Part shown: positions 45,537 to 60,145 of the stretch, in pieces
Layout of the letters: every line of letters begins with the position of its first letter
How positions within the stretch are numbered: position 1 is the stretch's first letter
Assembly: GCA_964016885.1 (NCBI GenBank)
Contig: OZ024756.1
Coordinates: 40,982,001-41,046,000 of the forward strand
DNA: 64,000 nucleotides
Direction of reading: 5' to 3'
Source: Eledone cirrhosa
Lineage: Eukaryota
Made by a program: the position numbers and the translations under genes
Notes under the pieces: generated by a model
The model's database searches: none
What the model saw: the letters and a program-made list of their open reading frames with translations, nothing else
Told to the model about the DNA's origin: nothing

Positions 45537-46044
45537 ATCCCGGGTACAATCGGGGGTAACCACAGTAAGTAAGGTACTCAATACATAGCAGAGAATAAGA
45601 AACCATATATATATATATATTCAGCTGTGTTGAAGACATGACAACCTTCCTAGTGCAAGTATCACATTAAAATGCACCCAGAGTTTGCAAAAATGCCAAT
45701 GAGATGCAGCTGTCTGGTCAATCAGAGAGGTCAGTAACACTGATTAAGTATGGATTTGATTTGTGACAACTTCTCCAACCCTTGCTAGCAAGGAAAAATA
45801 GATGTTGTTGATGATGATGATATACATACAACAGAAGCACTACTAGAACATATATTGGACTAACAGAAACACATTCAAAGTCTGCTTCACACAGCATCTA
45901 CGCATGCTCAGAAACAAACATATGAGAAACTTCACATCTTTTTTTGAAATACATCTGGCACCTCAGAGCAGCACCAGCCCCCTCGCCCACCTCCACCAAA
46001 TGAAGTACAGTTGCAAGAACAAAAGCCTATAATAGACAAAGTAC

Positions 46045-46240
46045 TAGATGCGATATTCGTTCTTGCAAACATCTAATTCCTCTTATACCCAGTTCTTCTT
46101 TCATCTGTCCTCCATTGTTCAGGCACACTAACATTACACATCCTATAGAGTATGTTCAGTTCCCTTTTCTAGCTTTTGCACATCCTTTGCATTCAATAAC
46201 CATGTCTCACTGCCATGCAACATCACACCATGTACACAAA
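46045..46240 (-). mobile_element. Degraded RTE LINE ORF fragment
   Basis: CVHGVMLHGSETWLLNAKDVQKLE and EELGIRGIR resemble the RTE post-RT region (MLYGSETW). Confidence 0.7.
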
Positions 46241-49021
46241 TAGGAGAGAACATAAATCTACACACATACACTGTATACAGAATCCTCATACACATAGTTA
46301 TCTGCATGTCAGAGTGTATGTATATGTGTGAGTGTATGTGTACATTCATGTGTATGCATATATGTGTGTGTGTGTGTAATGTGCAGAAACTATTTATTTG
46401 TAAATGTCACCAGAAACTCAAGCAGTAAAAGCCAAATATTATGCAACAAGTTTGTTTTGTAATTATGTTGAAGTGAGAGTTGACTGGGTGATATTTTAGA
46501 AAAAGAACCTAAATCACAAGACAATGTAGAATGTAGAGAAACTTCTTGTGTAACATATGGATATAAAATATAATGGATCTATTGTGAATAGGAGAGATAA
46601 ACTGTTATTCCTCCTACACCACCATCACCACCACAAACACACATGGCTCACACTTGAAAGAACACAGGGAAGCAACTGTTATTGTTGTATCCCAAGTAGG
46701 GGTGGGAACTCAGAAGAGAATTGATCAACATTGAACTGAAGGCTGAGTGGTGTCTGTATATATGTCAATGGAAATCACAATGGATGAGATATATTGTAAG
46801 CCAAAAAAAAAAAAAGTTATTACTAACACTAAGTTATAAACCTCCCCCCCCCCCCAACTCATACTCCCATTTCACTCAACCATGTGTGGTGTAGCAGCTT
46901 TGTGTTCATTGTCAGCTGGTAGTTGACAGCAGCTGGGACAGACAGAGGTAGGCCAATTAAGAGTTAAAAAATGAAGTGGTAGTTAGAAGTGACCACAAAA
47001 TATATTAAGTTGGTCTTCTCTTCCTCCTCCCTAAAAAAAAAAATCAATGAAAATAGGGATAATGAACCATAAAAACCTGTTAGTGATAATTAAGGTTGTG
47101 ATGCTGGTGGAGGTGTTGTTGGTTGTGGCTATGGTGAGAATGAAGATGATGCTAATAATGACAATCATGAAAATGGTGGTAATGGTAGTGGTGGCTAAAT
47201 TGTGTCCCAAGGCTTTAAAACACTCTGGGTACTTTTCTTAAGTCCAACATAAAAAAGAAAGTAAGTGGTACTTAGGCTGACCTCTAGCTAAACAGTAGCA
47301 GCTTCAATTATACAAGAAAATTTCAGAAACCACCAAATACAGGCATTAAAACTGTGAAAATATATAATATGCATTTAGTTTATATCATTTTTTTTCTGGA
47401 AAATTCTCTTTGCTTTTTATTAATTCAACAAATTTCAATTGAATTATGTAATGTTTGCATAAAGAGGGAAAAAAATGAAATAAAGTAAAGTAAAGCAGGG
47501 AGTAAACAGCAGACTCGCATGAGTGAAAACTGGCTGTTTTGAATGAAAGAACAAGATCTTTCCAAGTTGGATTGGTAAGAAAAGGATTAATAATTCACTT
47601 TCAAATAACTTATACTTGTAGTATTTAAAAGACTTTGTCTAGAATACAGATCTTTGTTACAAAATGGAAGGCAAATTTATAAAAGATATTGTATGTAAGA
47701 TTTAAATGACATCTAGAGAGGTTAAAAATTTAATTTGGATTCTAGTAATACTGTTGAGAAGAATATTTAAGCTACATGTTTATTGAAAGAAAGGCAATAT
47801 CTAATTAGCACCCATAATAAACAGTATTATTTTATTATTCCCAGTGAGGTGTGATATAATGCTGAGACAGTCTAATCTAACACAGCTAAACCTCCACTTC
47901 TGGATCATCAATACCATTGCTTCATTTAACATCTGCTCTTCAATGTTTGCATGACTTAGACTAATATTACAGACTATATCTGTCACCAGGGCAACTATAC
48001 AGAAATCTGATAACATTTTCACTGTTCCATCCAATACAACTGGAGCAAAGATTGATATGTGATTAGATATTCTTTGGACTATCGGCCACAGTATTGATGA
48101 AAGAGAAATGATGAAAGAACGGGAAGGGTTAGAAGGATTTAGTGGAAAATGGAAAGATAGAAAGAGAAATGAACAAACAAGACAATGAAAAAGAAGGTAG
48201 AGAAAAGGATGTGAAGGAGAAAGTAAAGAGTGTGAATAGGGAATAGAGAGAGGAAGTAAAAAGAGATAGGGGTAGAGAGAGAGAGAGAAAAAGGGGTGGA
48301 AAGAGAGAGAAGTAAAAGTGATGAAAAAGAATATCAAAAGAATCCTTTCTGTTGAGTTCCTTGTGTAGTTCCACTCTGTAAAGAATGTTAAAAGCTGACT
48401 TCTCCAAACTAGAACTATGCAGATATAAAATTTAGAGAGTTAGGAAGGAAGAGAAGTGGGAGCTTCTGTGAAAAGATATCTACAAGTTGCTATAAAAGAC
48501 AAGAAAGATTTATTGGCTATAACCTGTCACTGTATTATGTGTATAGTTAACAGTATATCAATTCAACTGTTTATAATTTACAGCTTAGCACTGATTTACA
48601 TATACTATCAACATATAATTAGTCATTTCATTTTATTTGAAGTCTTTCAGGTGGTGGTGGGGTTCTTCTCTCTCTGTCATTTATCATCCCTCCCCCCTCC
48701 CAGATAATGTCTGTAATATTATTATATTTAGTTGAAATTATTGAATAATACTTTGATAGATGAATTTCCTTTTTCTTTTTTCCTTATCTATTTATTTCTA
48801 CTAACTGAAAAAAGAAATAACTTATTAAAATGAAGTGGTATTATTCCATTTTGAAAAACAATTTATCAATATCTGTGTGTTAAAAACCTTTGTTTACAGG
48901 AATGTAATAGAATATGATAAATAATAATAATAGGTTTTCTTCAAAATAATTTAAATATGAGGTCAATACAGTTTTCTCTAATCAGATCAATACCAGTAGT
49001 ATATTGAGACAAGTAAGGAAT

Positions 49022-49171
49022 GGTGACCCCAATCTAAATACAAATAGAGAGGTCTTATTAGACTTCCGTTCTAGCAATGGACTCTCTTTTACGAACACTT
49101 TCTTCCAGCACAGAGACATCCATAAATATACATGGTATAGGTGGAATCAGCAACAGAGATCAATAATTGAT
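49022..49171 (+). mobile_element. LINE (RTE-like) AP-endonuclease fragment
   Basis: Translates to GDPNLNTNREVLLDFRSSNGLSFTNTFFQHRDIHKYTWYRWNQQQRSIID, with the NTFF-H---HKYTW---S-ID APE motifs. Confidence 0.85.
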
Positions 49172-49419
49172 TGAAGTAAAGTTTATAAATATAAAAAGTT
49201 TAATTCTCAGAACCAGTCAAAGTTACTCAACAGCAACTGTCATTTAAGGTCACAAAGAAATAAATGCTAACATAAATAAAGATTTATCAGATGCTATTAA
49301 GTTAGGCATGGCCTGGGCCAATACTGGCCGAAACCTATCAAAGTTATCTTTAACATTTTTCTTTGCACTACATAATGATCGAGATATTCTTATGTCACTT
49401 TTTTCACATAATATTGCCA

Positions 49420-49920
49420 AGCAGTGAAAAAGGTTTTCAGATGAGAAAGGCGTTTGCTTGGTCAGCATGCCACAAGTTGAAAAGGATATGGACATCATGG
49501 ATGAGCAGAAGGCTTAAAGAAAGATTTCTTATTGCAACAGTGGAGTCTGTAAGCATGAAGCATAACAAAATAACTAGAAAAGAAAATTGATGGTTGCTAT
49601 AAAAGAATGTAGTGCATGATACTTAATTTTTCATGGAAACAGAAACTCCCCAGCAGAGAATTGTATCAGCAGCTTCTGACAGTAACAGAAAAGATAAAAT
49701 GAAACTTGCAGGTCACTGTGTTTGTCACCATGAGGAGATAGCAAGTGATATTGTTTTGTAGGAACCATCAGATAGATATACAAACAGGGGTGGAAGGAAA
49801 ATAAATTACATTGATAACCTGCTGGAAGATACCAGAATGGATAGTATAACAAGAGCTCAGAACATTGACGATGGATAGCTTTGGAGGGCACGTGTAAAGA
49901 CAGATGGCTGACCTGGCAGT
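49420..49920 (+). mobile_element. RTE LINE 3' fragment followed by (GATA)n
   Basis: SSEKGFQMRKAFAWSACHKLKRIWTS...LIATVESV, then LAGHC and YIDNLLEDT with frameshifts; (GATA)n/(GA)n at 49924-50000. Confidence 0.8.
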
Positions 49921-49923
49921 CTG

Positions 49924-49957
<34 letters not shown>

Positions 49958-50623
49958 AATAGATGGATAGATAGATAGATGGATGGATAGATAGATAGAT
50001 TTCCTTAGGCTATTATTTTATTGATGTTTACAGTAGTTTAAGATTCCTATCGCCAACTGTGTGGTATCGCATACACAAGCACATACAACACCAAAACTTA
50101 CTGACTCGTATATATAAACACACAAATAGAACTAATGTTTAGATTCAGATTGTAGAACTAGATAAATACTTCTGCAGGAGGATTAATGATATTATTTAAA
50201 GTGTTTAATGAAATAGAACAAAACTCTTTAAATAAGTTCTTTCAGGTGAATAGACAAAAGCAGATAGTTCAAAATGTTTTTTTATGACAGAAATACTGAT
50301 TTCATGACATTTATATCCAAAATAAATATCTCATAATTATTCAGTAAATATTTAGAGACCTAATTTATTGGTCTCAACATCATAGGACAACCTAAATGAC
50401 ATTGAATATCAATCTTACATCTCAATATATGGCATGCGGTCACTATGAAATCATTATTCTCACTTTGATCTGGCATATGCTCTCTTTGAAACCATTCTTC
50501 TCACTTTGAATTGATATATCCTCACTTAGAATTACAAACATTGCATTACAACAGCATCATGAGTCTTTTGTCTTATTATTTGGCTGATAACAGCTAATCA
50601 GCTAAGTTTTCATTATAAATAAT

Positions 50624-50810
50624 TGTTTCTACTTTTGGCACAAAGCCAGCAATTATCCCAGTGTATTACTGGTACTTTATTTTATCGACCCTGTAAGGAT
50701 GAAAGGCAAAGTTAACCTCGGCGGGATTTGAACTCAGAACTCAAAGGGCCGTAACTATGCTGCAAAGCATGGTGTCTGATGCTCTACCGATACTGCCAAT
50801 CCACCGCCCT
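50624..50810 (-). mobile_element. Young full-length tRNA-derived SINE
   Basis: Same family as 39911; 17-bp TSD TTTTCATTATAAATAAT at 50607-50623 and 50811-50827. Confidence 0.95.
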
Positions 50811-53800
50811 TTTTCATTATAAATAATGTTACTGAGTTATTTCATGTTCAGCTCACAAAATACTATAGTCAAATCTCTATCAGTTAATCTCACTTTGATA
50901 TCAGTACTCTCACTTTCAACCACTTACCATCTAATTCATTGAATGGTAATAACACAGATTGAACAAGTGGAATGCTCATCCTCCCCCTCCTCACCATCAT
51001 CTTCAATATCTTCATCATATAAATGGTTTTATTCATTTTTAATAATATGATCTTGATAGATATTTTATGGGGAAAGTAATCTTATTTTCATTGTTCAGTC
51101 ATTAATGAGAGAAAACATCTAGTATAAGGTGTCAATTCTATGGATTCCATCAGAAGTTTTACAAGAAATCAATACCATTTAGTAAAACTAAACAAACCAT
51201 TTTATCCAATGAACTACTCACTAATGTACAATGGAATGATAGATTTTAATATATTACACTCTTTGTTATGATTAAATCAAATATTTCATCTATAGATATT
51301 TTTTGTCTTTTTTTATTACAGTTTTCTTCTTTTTTTTTCTTTTTATAAATCATAAAATAACACAATTCTCATGGATATTAAGTTTATGAATTTAAACAGG
51401 TTCTGACAAAACCGTGAGTAAATCATTGACCAAACTGATCAATTATATCTTTCAGATTGGTTTACATAATCTATATGCTGTAAAAACAAAAACTGACATT
51501 AAAAAATTATGTATAATCCAACATATATGAATATTAGGAGATAATAAACAGCCTTTGTACAAATTTGTACACAACATTTTGTTGGATTTCATAGGATAAT
51601 ATTATATACTTTTCTCTATCCTCTAGTAGCTAGTCATTTCAACAATAATAGAGCTTTAATGCTCTCTACTGATACTTCAGTCTTTGTGTATTATATGCAT
51701 GTGTGCATGCATGCATATCTTTTATGATAAAAAGGTGCATTTGACACATTTCATAAAGTGGTCTACGTTTCAATATTTTAGCCTTGAACTTGAAGATTTT
51801 GAACAATTACAGATACAATTACAATACATTGCCACTAAAAATAAAATCACTTCAGACAGAAAAAGGAAGAAAAAATAACTAACCAAAACAGCCTGCTCTC
51901 AATAGTCTATAGGAGGGTAAAGAAATGTTCAGTTAAATCATCATCATCACCACCACTATGTCCATTTTCCCATACTGGCACTGGTTGGATGGTGGGATGG
52001 TTTGAGACAATGTTTTACAGCTGAATGCCCTTCTGAGCTCCATCCTCCCAAATGAAATAATTTCAATTTACAGTTTAGCAAGGAGAGAACCCTAATTTAT
52101 AACACTTCTAGCTCTGGCCACACTAAGAAAATTACTAAGACTACACAGTCCACATACACCCACACCAAATCATGCTATATATTCCTTTGTAAAGATCATA
52201 TTTTTTTTTAAAGAAGATTTAACTACAAAGATTGTAATATTTAATAGTTAAGGTTTCTTTATTTGATATTTTAAATAATTGTATTTTAGTGTTTGTCAAT
52301 AGACACACACTAAAAAGGCAACATACACACCTAATATCAATTGTATTAACAGCATTACCATTAGACACTAGGGTTTGGGGATTCCTAATAATAAAAACTC
52401 TTAAATCTTTTAGCATTCCTTTAACAGCAGCTAAGCCTTATGAAAAGGTTTTTTAGAGGGGGAGGGGTATTAAAAATCTTGAAGATATTGCAAATAAGAG
52501 AGACCACAACTGCCTGAATGTCCAAATATAATATACGCCTATTTACAAAAATTTTCATGGAAAATCACTTGTTAGTGATTTAATTTATTGTAATATAATC
52601 TTTTATTTAACCATTATTTGTAGCTCAATGCATAAAACATTAAGCAGAAATAGGTTTGATGTAATTTGAAGAAAATTCTTCCTTGTATAATATTCACTAA
52701 CATATAAACAGTGTACCAGCATATTTTCTGTTTTCAGTGGTGAAAGATGAATCTGAGGGAGAGACTAAGATTTGAAATAAGAACCTTATAATTTCTAATT
52801 AGATGCTTTTCTAGTAAATGAAGCTTTTAGTATTTGGGAAGAAATAAAGTAAAGAATGAATAAAGTTAAAATAAAGTGGTTCTTTAGAATGTAAGATAAG
52901 CAAACTGAAAGTATATGTTCATTCATTATCGACACAGCCATGAGAGAATGAATAACTGTGATTTTCTTTCAATGTTGAAACGGAAGTAAAGGTCAGGCTG
53001 GGTTGGAACTTGATGTTCTATGATTAAAAACATCAATAGACTCTTTGATAACTAAGAATAGCAAGGTTGTTGTTTCGATTTTTGTTATTACTGCCAGTGT
53101 CTTCTTTTCAAATGGCTCTTCTTCCTTTACAAAAGTAAAGCAAAGGAAGAGCCAGATTAAATGAAAAAGAGCTTTGTTATTCATATAGGATATAATGAGA
53201 AAAATCTATGGAATGTTTGAAGAACAAAAATACTTCAGTATTTATCAAGAGAAGCAATGAAGAAACCATATACATGGAATTTAATTAATTAAACATCCAG
53301 CTAGGGTAAACAGTTTAATTCAACATACATGTAACTAAAACAACCCCATTTTCTAAGTCACTATTTTCTTCCTCCTTAACTTAAATTTTTTAGTTTTTCT
53401 TTAGTTTTACTTCTTTTTTACTTTTTTTAATGGACATGTTTGGATTATTATTTTTGTCCATATTGTAATTTATTTTTAGAATAAATCTTGTTACACAGTA
53501 ATCCTTCCTATTGCCAAATCCTTAATAACAATATGAGATACTTAGGAAGGGTTTTAAATTATCAGTGAATTTGGTAGATGGTAACTCTGTAAGCCTTGTG
53601 TTTGTGTGTGTACATCTTTGCTTCTAAAACACCTCAAAATAGTTGCAATAGTAACATACTCAACAAGACCAACACCAACAGTACCACCAATACCACCACC
53701 CAAAACAACTAAATTACAGTCTACAGTAACAAGAGTAGCAAGTAAAGAGAAAGCCATAAAACACAACAGTTGAAAGAGTAAATGACAATAAAATCATTGC

Positions 53801-56026
53801 TCAATTGAGGCATTGATAATCATCAAATGTGTACATCTGATAGATGGAAGAATAAACATGAAATAAAACAATAACAATGCTATGTGATTATATTACCAGT
53901 TATATGTTATCCCTGTTTCTCTTTCTAATTTATTATCTATTGAAACTGTCTATAAATACTTTCTTAACAGCCTTAAACCTAGAAAATAACTTATATTTCT
54001 TTACTCATTCCATTAGATATTTTCTTAGCATAGCTTGTTTTTTTTTTCTGTTCAAGATTCAAAGATAAGACATGTATGCCACTTAGTTCGTTTAAACAAA
54101 TGAGACACATTCAGACTAAATGTTTTATCCAGGATACACATCACATCATCCATAATGTAAATTGAGACCAATAAGCAGACAATTTATGCACAACTATATC
54201 TTCACAAATTAAATGTTAATTATAACAAATGAGTTTGATCTTTCTCAAAATTTCCCTTATTTCAGTGCAGTAAACTATAGACACAGAGGAAATTCCTGTT
54301 ATAGGAATAGCATAAAGAATTTATCTGCACAATGTGGATGTTCCAAGAGAAATATACAACAGTTATAAATAAGTCTTTCTGAAGCCACTGCATATATGGC
54401 TTTCTGAAAGGAGACTCCAGTCTAATCTAACATAACTGCCTCTTAAAGTTTTAATTTCTCAGTTATGAACACTGAATTTAAGATATTTTGATTCTGGTTT
54501 CAAGATACATATACATAAGCATTTACTCTGTCTAAAGAATGCTGCTTTCCTGAAGAAATAAAAAAGAAGACACTATTTATTGTAGCTGTATGTTAGCATA
54601 ATTTCCAAGTGTAAAAAGTATCATAAGAAATTGATAGATTAAACTATTTATTTTTTGTTTATCTCTTACAAGCCAAATTACTGAGTAGAAGCAGGTTCAG
54701 AGAAAGCATGTATTGTTTAACTCAATGTAATTTCAATTTTAAACAGAAAGAAAAAGATGTAGTAGTAGTAGTAAAGATGAATAGAAAGTTAGCTTAAAAC
54801 AACTAAACTTTTGAAAGCTTTGTTTTAAAGTTGTTAAATATTATATATCACCACCTACACTGTACTATATATATACATATATACTCATTAAATATATCAC
54901 ATCCTATGCCACTGCACTATACACACTTCTCCATTAATTATATATCACACATTAAGTTACCTTTTTTGAAATGCCAGGAATCACATCTCCTTCATAAATT
55001 CTAAATTTTGGTATAGTTTCTATGATTTGATGCTTTCCTATTGCCAGCTACTTTACAGAATATACTGGGCACATTCTATCATGGCACCAACACAAGAGAG
55101 GTTGTTTTCCTAAGTATTCTAAAGATTCCTCTCCAACATATATTATCGCTCTGTTGATTCATTGGCACCAGAAAGGTTGTTTGTCCACAACAAGACTAAA
55201 ATCATAATGTTACCAATGGGGGAGACAGACAAACACTAACCAGCTATTTATAAGATATATTGTATGCTATATCCAGTAGTAGAAATGTGTACGTGCAGCT
55301 ATAGTGTATGCCTGCTTCTCAATTTCAAGGGGTTTTATTTTTATTGTATGTTCAATGCCTACCAATGAAGACATTATTAGCTATACTTAGGGCAGTAGAT
55401 TGGCAAATTGTTCTGGCTTTATATATTAAAAAAAAACATGAGACAAGCATCACTGTACTGCTTTTGATAATGGGTCCACTTAATCAGAGCTGCTCTAAAT
55501 CTAAAAGTCAACAACTATTCACATCTAGTTAAAGGCTACTATTTCTAGCAGGTTAAGTAAGCACATAGAGGCTCCCTTGTCTCATATACATTTAGTCTAT
55601 AATATCTCATCTCTAAAATTAGGTATAAATGTTGACCTGCTCTAGCAAAAAATTTACTTCCACAAATTTCTCATTAGCTTCACTAAAATTATCTTCCAGT
55701 AAAAATGATCTCCCCAGTTTAACATGGTATGGGCCTACATCACTGGAATTCTCTTTATATATTGAGAGAAAGATTACCCACTTAGTTTAACATGGAGTTG
55801 GCTGTTGCACACCAGTTATTATATGCAGTCCATAATTAAAACTACATATTCACATTTAATAGCAATGACTGGTAGACAGTTGACTTGAGGCTAACATTCC
55901 AGATGATTTGTAACCTATTCCCAACCATTACATGAACTGTCAAAATAAATTATTCTATGTCAGCAGGAGATTTGAAACCACAACCCATCAGTGTGTGTGT
56001 ATACACACACACATACACACACATAT

Positions 56027-56320
56027 GTTGTTGTTGCTGGACCTCTATCAGTTCCAATGATGAGTGCTTCAGTTAACTCAATCAACTGAACTACCTGCTC
56101 ATGAAATCAAAATGTATGTGGCTGAATATTCCACAGATATGTACACATTAAATGTAGTTCTCAGGGAGATTCAGAATGACACAATGTGTGACATGGCTGG
56201 CCACTTGAATTACAGGCACAACTAATTTTTGAGTTGCCTGAAGCAATGCACCCGGGATCAAACTCGTGACCTTTCAATCATGATCTCTGCACCCTAACTA
56301 CTATGCCATGCAACTTCATA
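56027..56320 (-). mobile_element. Old tRNA-derived SINE with a (CAA)n tail
   Basis: GGGATCAAACTC reverse B-box and ACCCTAACTACTATGCC reverse A-box; the body matches 24650-24785 and the flanks of the 6841 MITE. Confidence 0.7.
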
Positions 56321-57629
56321 TATATATATCACTCACAAAGTGATAAATATATTGATATATAGACAAACATGCATGCATATATACATTTTATTAGAGAATA
56401 GAAATTGATTCTGTTGCAGGAAATTTTAATAAAATTCAGTTTTACGAGGAGAAAGTAACTGTTGTCATGTCCCCAGTGATTTTATGTTTCCAATATTCAG
56501 ATTTATTTTAGCAGCTATGTAGAACTAATTTTCTAAATATACTTGGATAGAAGGGGAGATATTCTGAAAATGCTATAATATCAGCATATTATTATTTGGG
56601 GATATTAATAGAGTAATAATAATCATAAAAAAGAAGTTCCCTATCATGTTTAAACTATATTTATATTTTATATAAACAAAGAAAAATACTTTTAAACATT
56701 GCATATATATTTTTTTAATGGCTGAAGTTTATAAAAAAAACATGGTTTTATTAACAATTTTGTTTTCACAATTCTGTAAGACATAACAGCCAATCATTTT
56801 CTGTCTCTCATTACTATGGTAACACACAAATTTTGATAAGGCTCTGCACAGCAGAATTTGAAGTGTATTTATAAATAGTGTCCTGATATTTTGTTATCAT
56901 TCCATAGGTCACTAACGAAGTATGAAAAAAAGATGTTTTCTCAACAGTTCTCTAGTAAATTTCTCTGGCACCACAAACAAAATATTAATATAGTCAGTAG
57001 ACACTAATATATGTCCAACAAGCATTCCTTAAATATATAAGATCTTACGAAAAACAAAATAACTCTTTAAAGGGAGTCAACAAAAAGCAAGCATTGTAAG
57101 CCCTTTTTTCCAGCTAAAGCAGGTGTTATCCTTACAGGCCCCATTATTTGAGTTTACAATAACTTAAAGTTTACCAAACCACATGAAACCTTCCCTGGTT
57201 CATGGCTACAAAACTGTTTATTTTAAAGTGTTTACATCTATTTAAAAACACTTCCATCATAATTTTGTGCAAGAACTTTTGTTTAACCTATCCTCCAAAC
57301 ACCAGATAAATTATAAGAAAGTTTACCAAATTCTTGATTATTTTCAAAATTATTTGAATATCATAGGCAGTTTCTGTCATTAGAAATATGGTAGCAAAAG
57401 AGTTAAAAATGAAGTTCCCACCATTTCTATAGACATTAATAGCATGAATATAATAAAATAGCTCCAACTAAGAATCAAAATTAGGTCATGTACTCAGCTT
57501 GTCAGTTTCTTCTTATCTTACCTCAATTTACAGCAATCATCAACCAACCAACCCACCCAACAAAATATAAATCATGATATGAGGGATTTTTGCTCCCTAT
57601 TTGCTAAATTCTTTGTTTTCTTTTTTCTC

Positions 57630-58037
57630 TCTCTTATTCGTTTACTGATTTCAGTCATTAGACTGTGGCTGTACTGGAGCACTGCCTTGAAAAGATTTAA
57701 TCAATCATATCAACCCCAGTTCTTATTTTTTCCAAGCTTAATACTTATTTTATTGATCCATATTGTTAAACTGTTAAGTTACAGCACACAAATACACACA
57801 CAACACACTGTTGCAGTCTCCGCCTACCAAATTCCACTCACGAGACATTAGTCAACCTGCGAGATTATAGTAAAAGATACCTACCAAAAAGTGCCACACA
57901 GTGGGAATGTACCTAAAACTACATGGTTGTGAAGTGTACTCCTTAACTACACAGCCATACCTGAACCTATATTGTGAAGTGAACTCCTTAACTACACAGC
58001 CATACCTGAACCTATATTGTGAAGTGAACTCCTTAAC
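57630..58037 (-). mobile_element. Old SINE with a tandemly duplicated 45-bp head segment
   Basis: CTACCAAATTCCACTCAC and GTGCCACACAGTGGGAAT motifs; TTGTGAAGTG.ACTCCTTAAC at 57927, 57972 and 58017. Confidence 0.7.
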
Positions 58038-59409
58038 AAAACAGTCAATTAAACACAAATATAAATGGATTGGTTGAGATGAAGATGGAATTAATTTCAA
58101 CTTATATTTACAGGCATTTCTTCAGATACAACCTAAGTAACTTATAACCACACTTGCAGTTATATTTTCCTGTGCAGACACATTTTCTCTTACTTCAACA
58201 GCTACATTATATTTCACTTAAATTCAAATATTCCTGCAATTCAACATATATATACGCACAGGCCAAACCTATGCCTGGGTAAATACATACTGGTTAAATA
58301 CATCTAATAATGCACAAAAAGGATAAAATAAAATGTATTAGCTATTTAGTGCAGTACATATGAGCAATGCATATAAAATACCTGCCCCCACCAATATGTC
58401 ATAAGTGTAGGTCTTCAAGTTACATATATATCAACTTAACGACGATTGGTTAGAATGGAATCTGATAAATACCTGTATTTTAAATCAAATAATAAAATCC
58501 CTGACTATTAATAAAACAGCTATCATCAATATAAAATAGAGAGCAAATATTATAATATTTACAAAACAAAAATATATAGAAATCATTCTTGTAATTGCAA
58601 GCTTAACTCAAACCTATGAGGATTGACTTAGTCTTTCATCTTTCAAGACTGATAAAATAAATGGCATCTTAGATTCCAGGATAAGCAGCTAAATATATAG
58701 GACTTGTGGGAGTGTCAGCCATTTCTATACATCAGAGAGGGATGGGAAAACAAAAGAACATGCATGGAAATTATTAAGTTGAAAAACATTTTTGTTTACT
58801 ATTTTATTATAGTTGATAGACCAGTTTAAAGACATTTTAATAAGCAGTATATACTATTTAAAAAATATGGAAAATATCAAGAAAGGAAAATATTATAAGA
58901 GTATGCAATAAATGTAGTTTCTTGTTACAAAATTGGGCTGCACTTGGCTTAGGGTGCGCTTGTATGTGTAATCTATCATGCATACTGCAATTTTAACAGA
59001 TATGTCAAAGCAACCTAACAGCAAGATATCAGCAGCAATGTTTATATAGAATTTAGAGAAGAAAAAAATGTAATCTTTATTGTATGGAGTACATTGTATG
59101 ATATATACTGAGGATTTTAAAACAATCTTTAAAAAAAAAAAGAATTCAGTCAATAAAGATTTTCTTTTTTTTATACATTTATTTTTATTTTTATAAATTC
59201 TGTTTAGAAGTGACATATTTCATGCCTAACATCTTGAATATGACTTTAACAAAATACTTTTATGTAATAAAGTTTTGATAAAAGATATAACAATAGCAAC
59301 AACAAAGTATAATTCTCCAAACATATGTTACATTGTATTGGCTAATAAAAATGGGGGGGGGGGGGGCTCTTTCATTTAAAGTTCTTTGTTATAACATTAA
59401 TATTAATAA

Positions 59410-59935
59410 TTCTTTCTAATGTTGGTACAAGGCCAGCTATTTGAGATAAAAGAGAACTTGGTTATATCAACCTCAGTATTTAACTAGTACTTAATTTTAT
59501 TGAACTATGAAGGATGAAAGGCAAAGTAGACCTTGGCAGAATTTGAAATCAGGATGTAAAGATCCGGAATAAATGCCGCAAAGCATTTTCCCTGACACTA
59601 ACAATTCTGCCAATCACCCTTATAATAATAATGATGATGATGATTTCTACTATAAGCACAAGGCCAGCAATTTAGTGGGAGGGGAAAGTCAATTAAATCA
59701 ATCCCAGTGTGTTACTGGTGCTTTATCATCATCCTCAAATTTCAGGCCATTTATTATAATTAAATAGAAAACCTATTATACAATATACACCATAACTGAC
59801 ATATAGATTTGGTGGTGGACTGGCAAAGTCATTACAATGTTGGAAACAATGCTTTGCAGTATTTGTTCTGGCTCTCTGCCTTTCCTCCTTTAAAAGTTGA
59901 TAAAAAAAAAGTACCAGTCTAGTACTGGGGTTAAT
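59410..59935. mobile_element. Cluster of three old copies of the 39911 SINE family (two minus, one plus)
   Basis: ACAAGGCCAGC at ~59428 and ~59658, GGATGAAAGGCAAAG and AATTCTGCCAAT motifs; plus-strand TGGCAAAGTC...GATAAAA..AGTACCAG at 59820-59935. Confidence 0.65.
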
Positions 59936-60069
59936 TCTTCCTTTATATCTTTTCTCACTTTATATCTATTCTCACTTTATATCAATTTCTCACTTTCTCT
60001 CTATCAAATCGGATGTGTTGAGACTTGGAGAGGAGATGAGCTCTGCTAAGTTTAAGATGCCCAAGAAAT

Positions 60070-60145
60070 ACAGTATGTCATTACGGCACCTCTGCGACCC
60101 CACAACAAGACAGTATGTCATTACGGCACCTCTGCGACCCCACAA
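60070..60145. repeat. 40-bp tandem duplication
   Basis: ACAGTATGTCATTACGGCACCTCTGCGACCCCACAA occurs twice. Confidence 0.9.

Noticed and set aside
47801-48337. 178-aa minus-strand ORF
   Set aside because: The first half is a CT-rich low-complexity tract; the remainder has no recognisable motif or splice support.
51556-51571. 16-bp palindrome TGTACAAATTTGTACA and similar short hairpins
   Set aside because: Expected by chance in 64 kb of AT-rich DNA.
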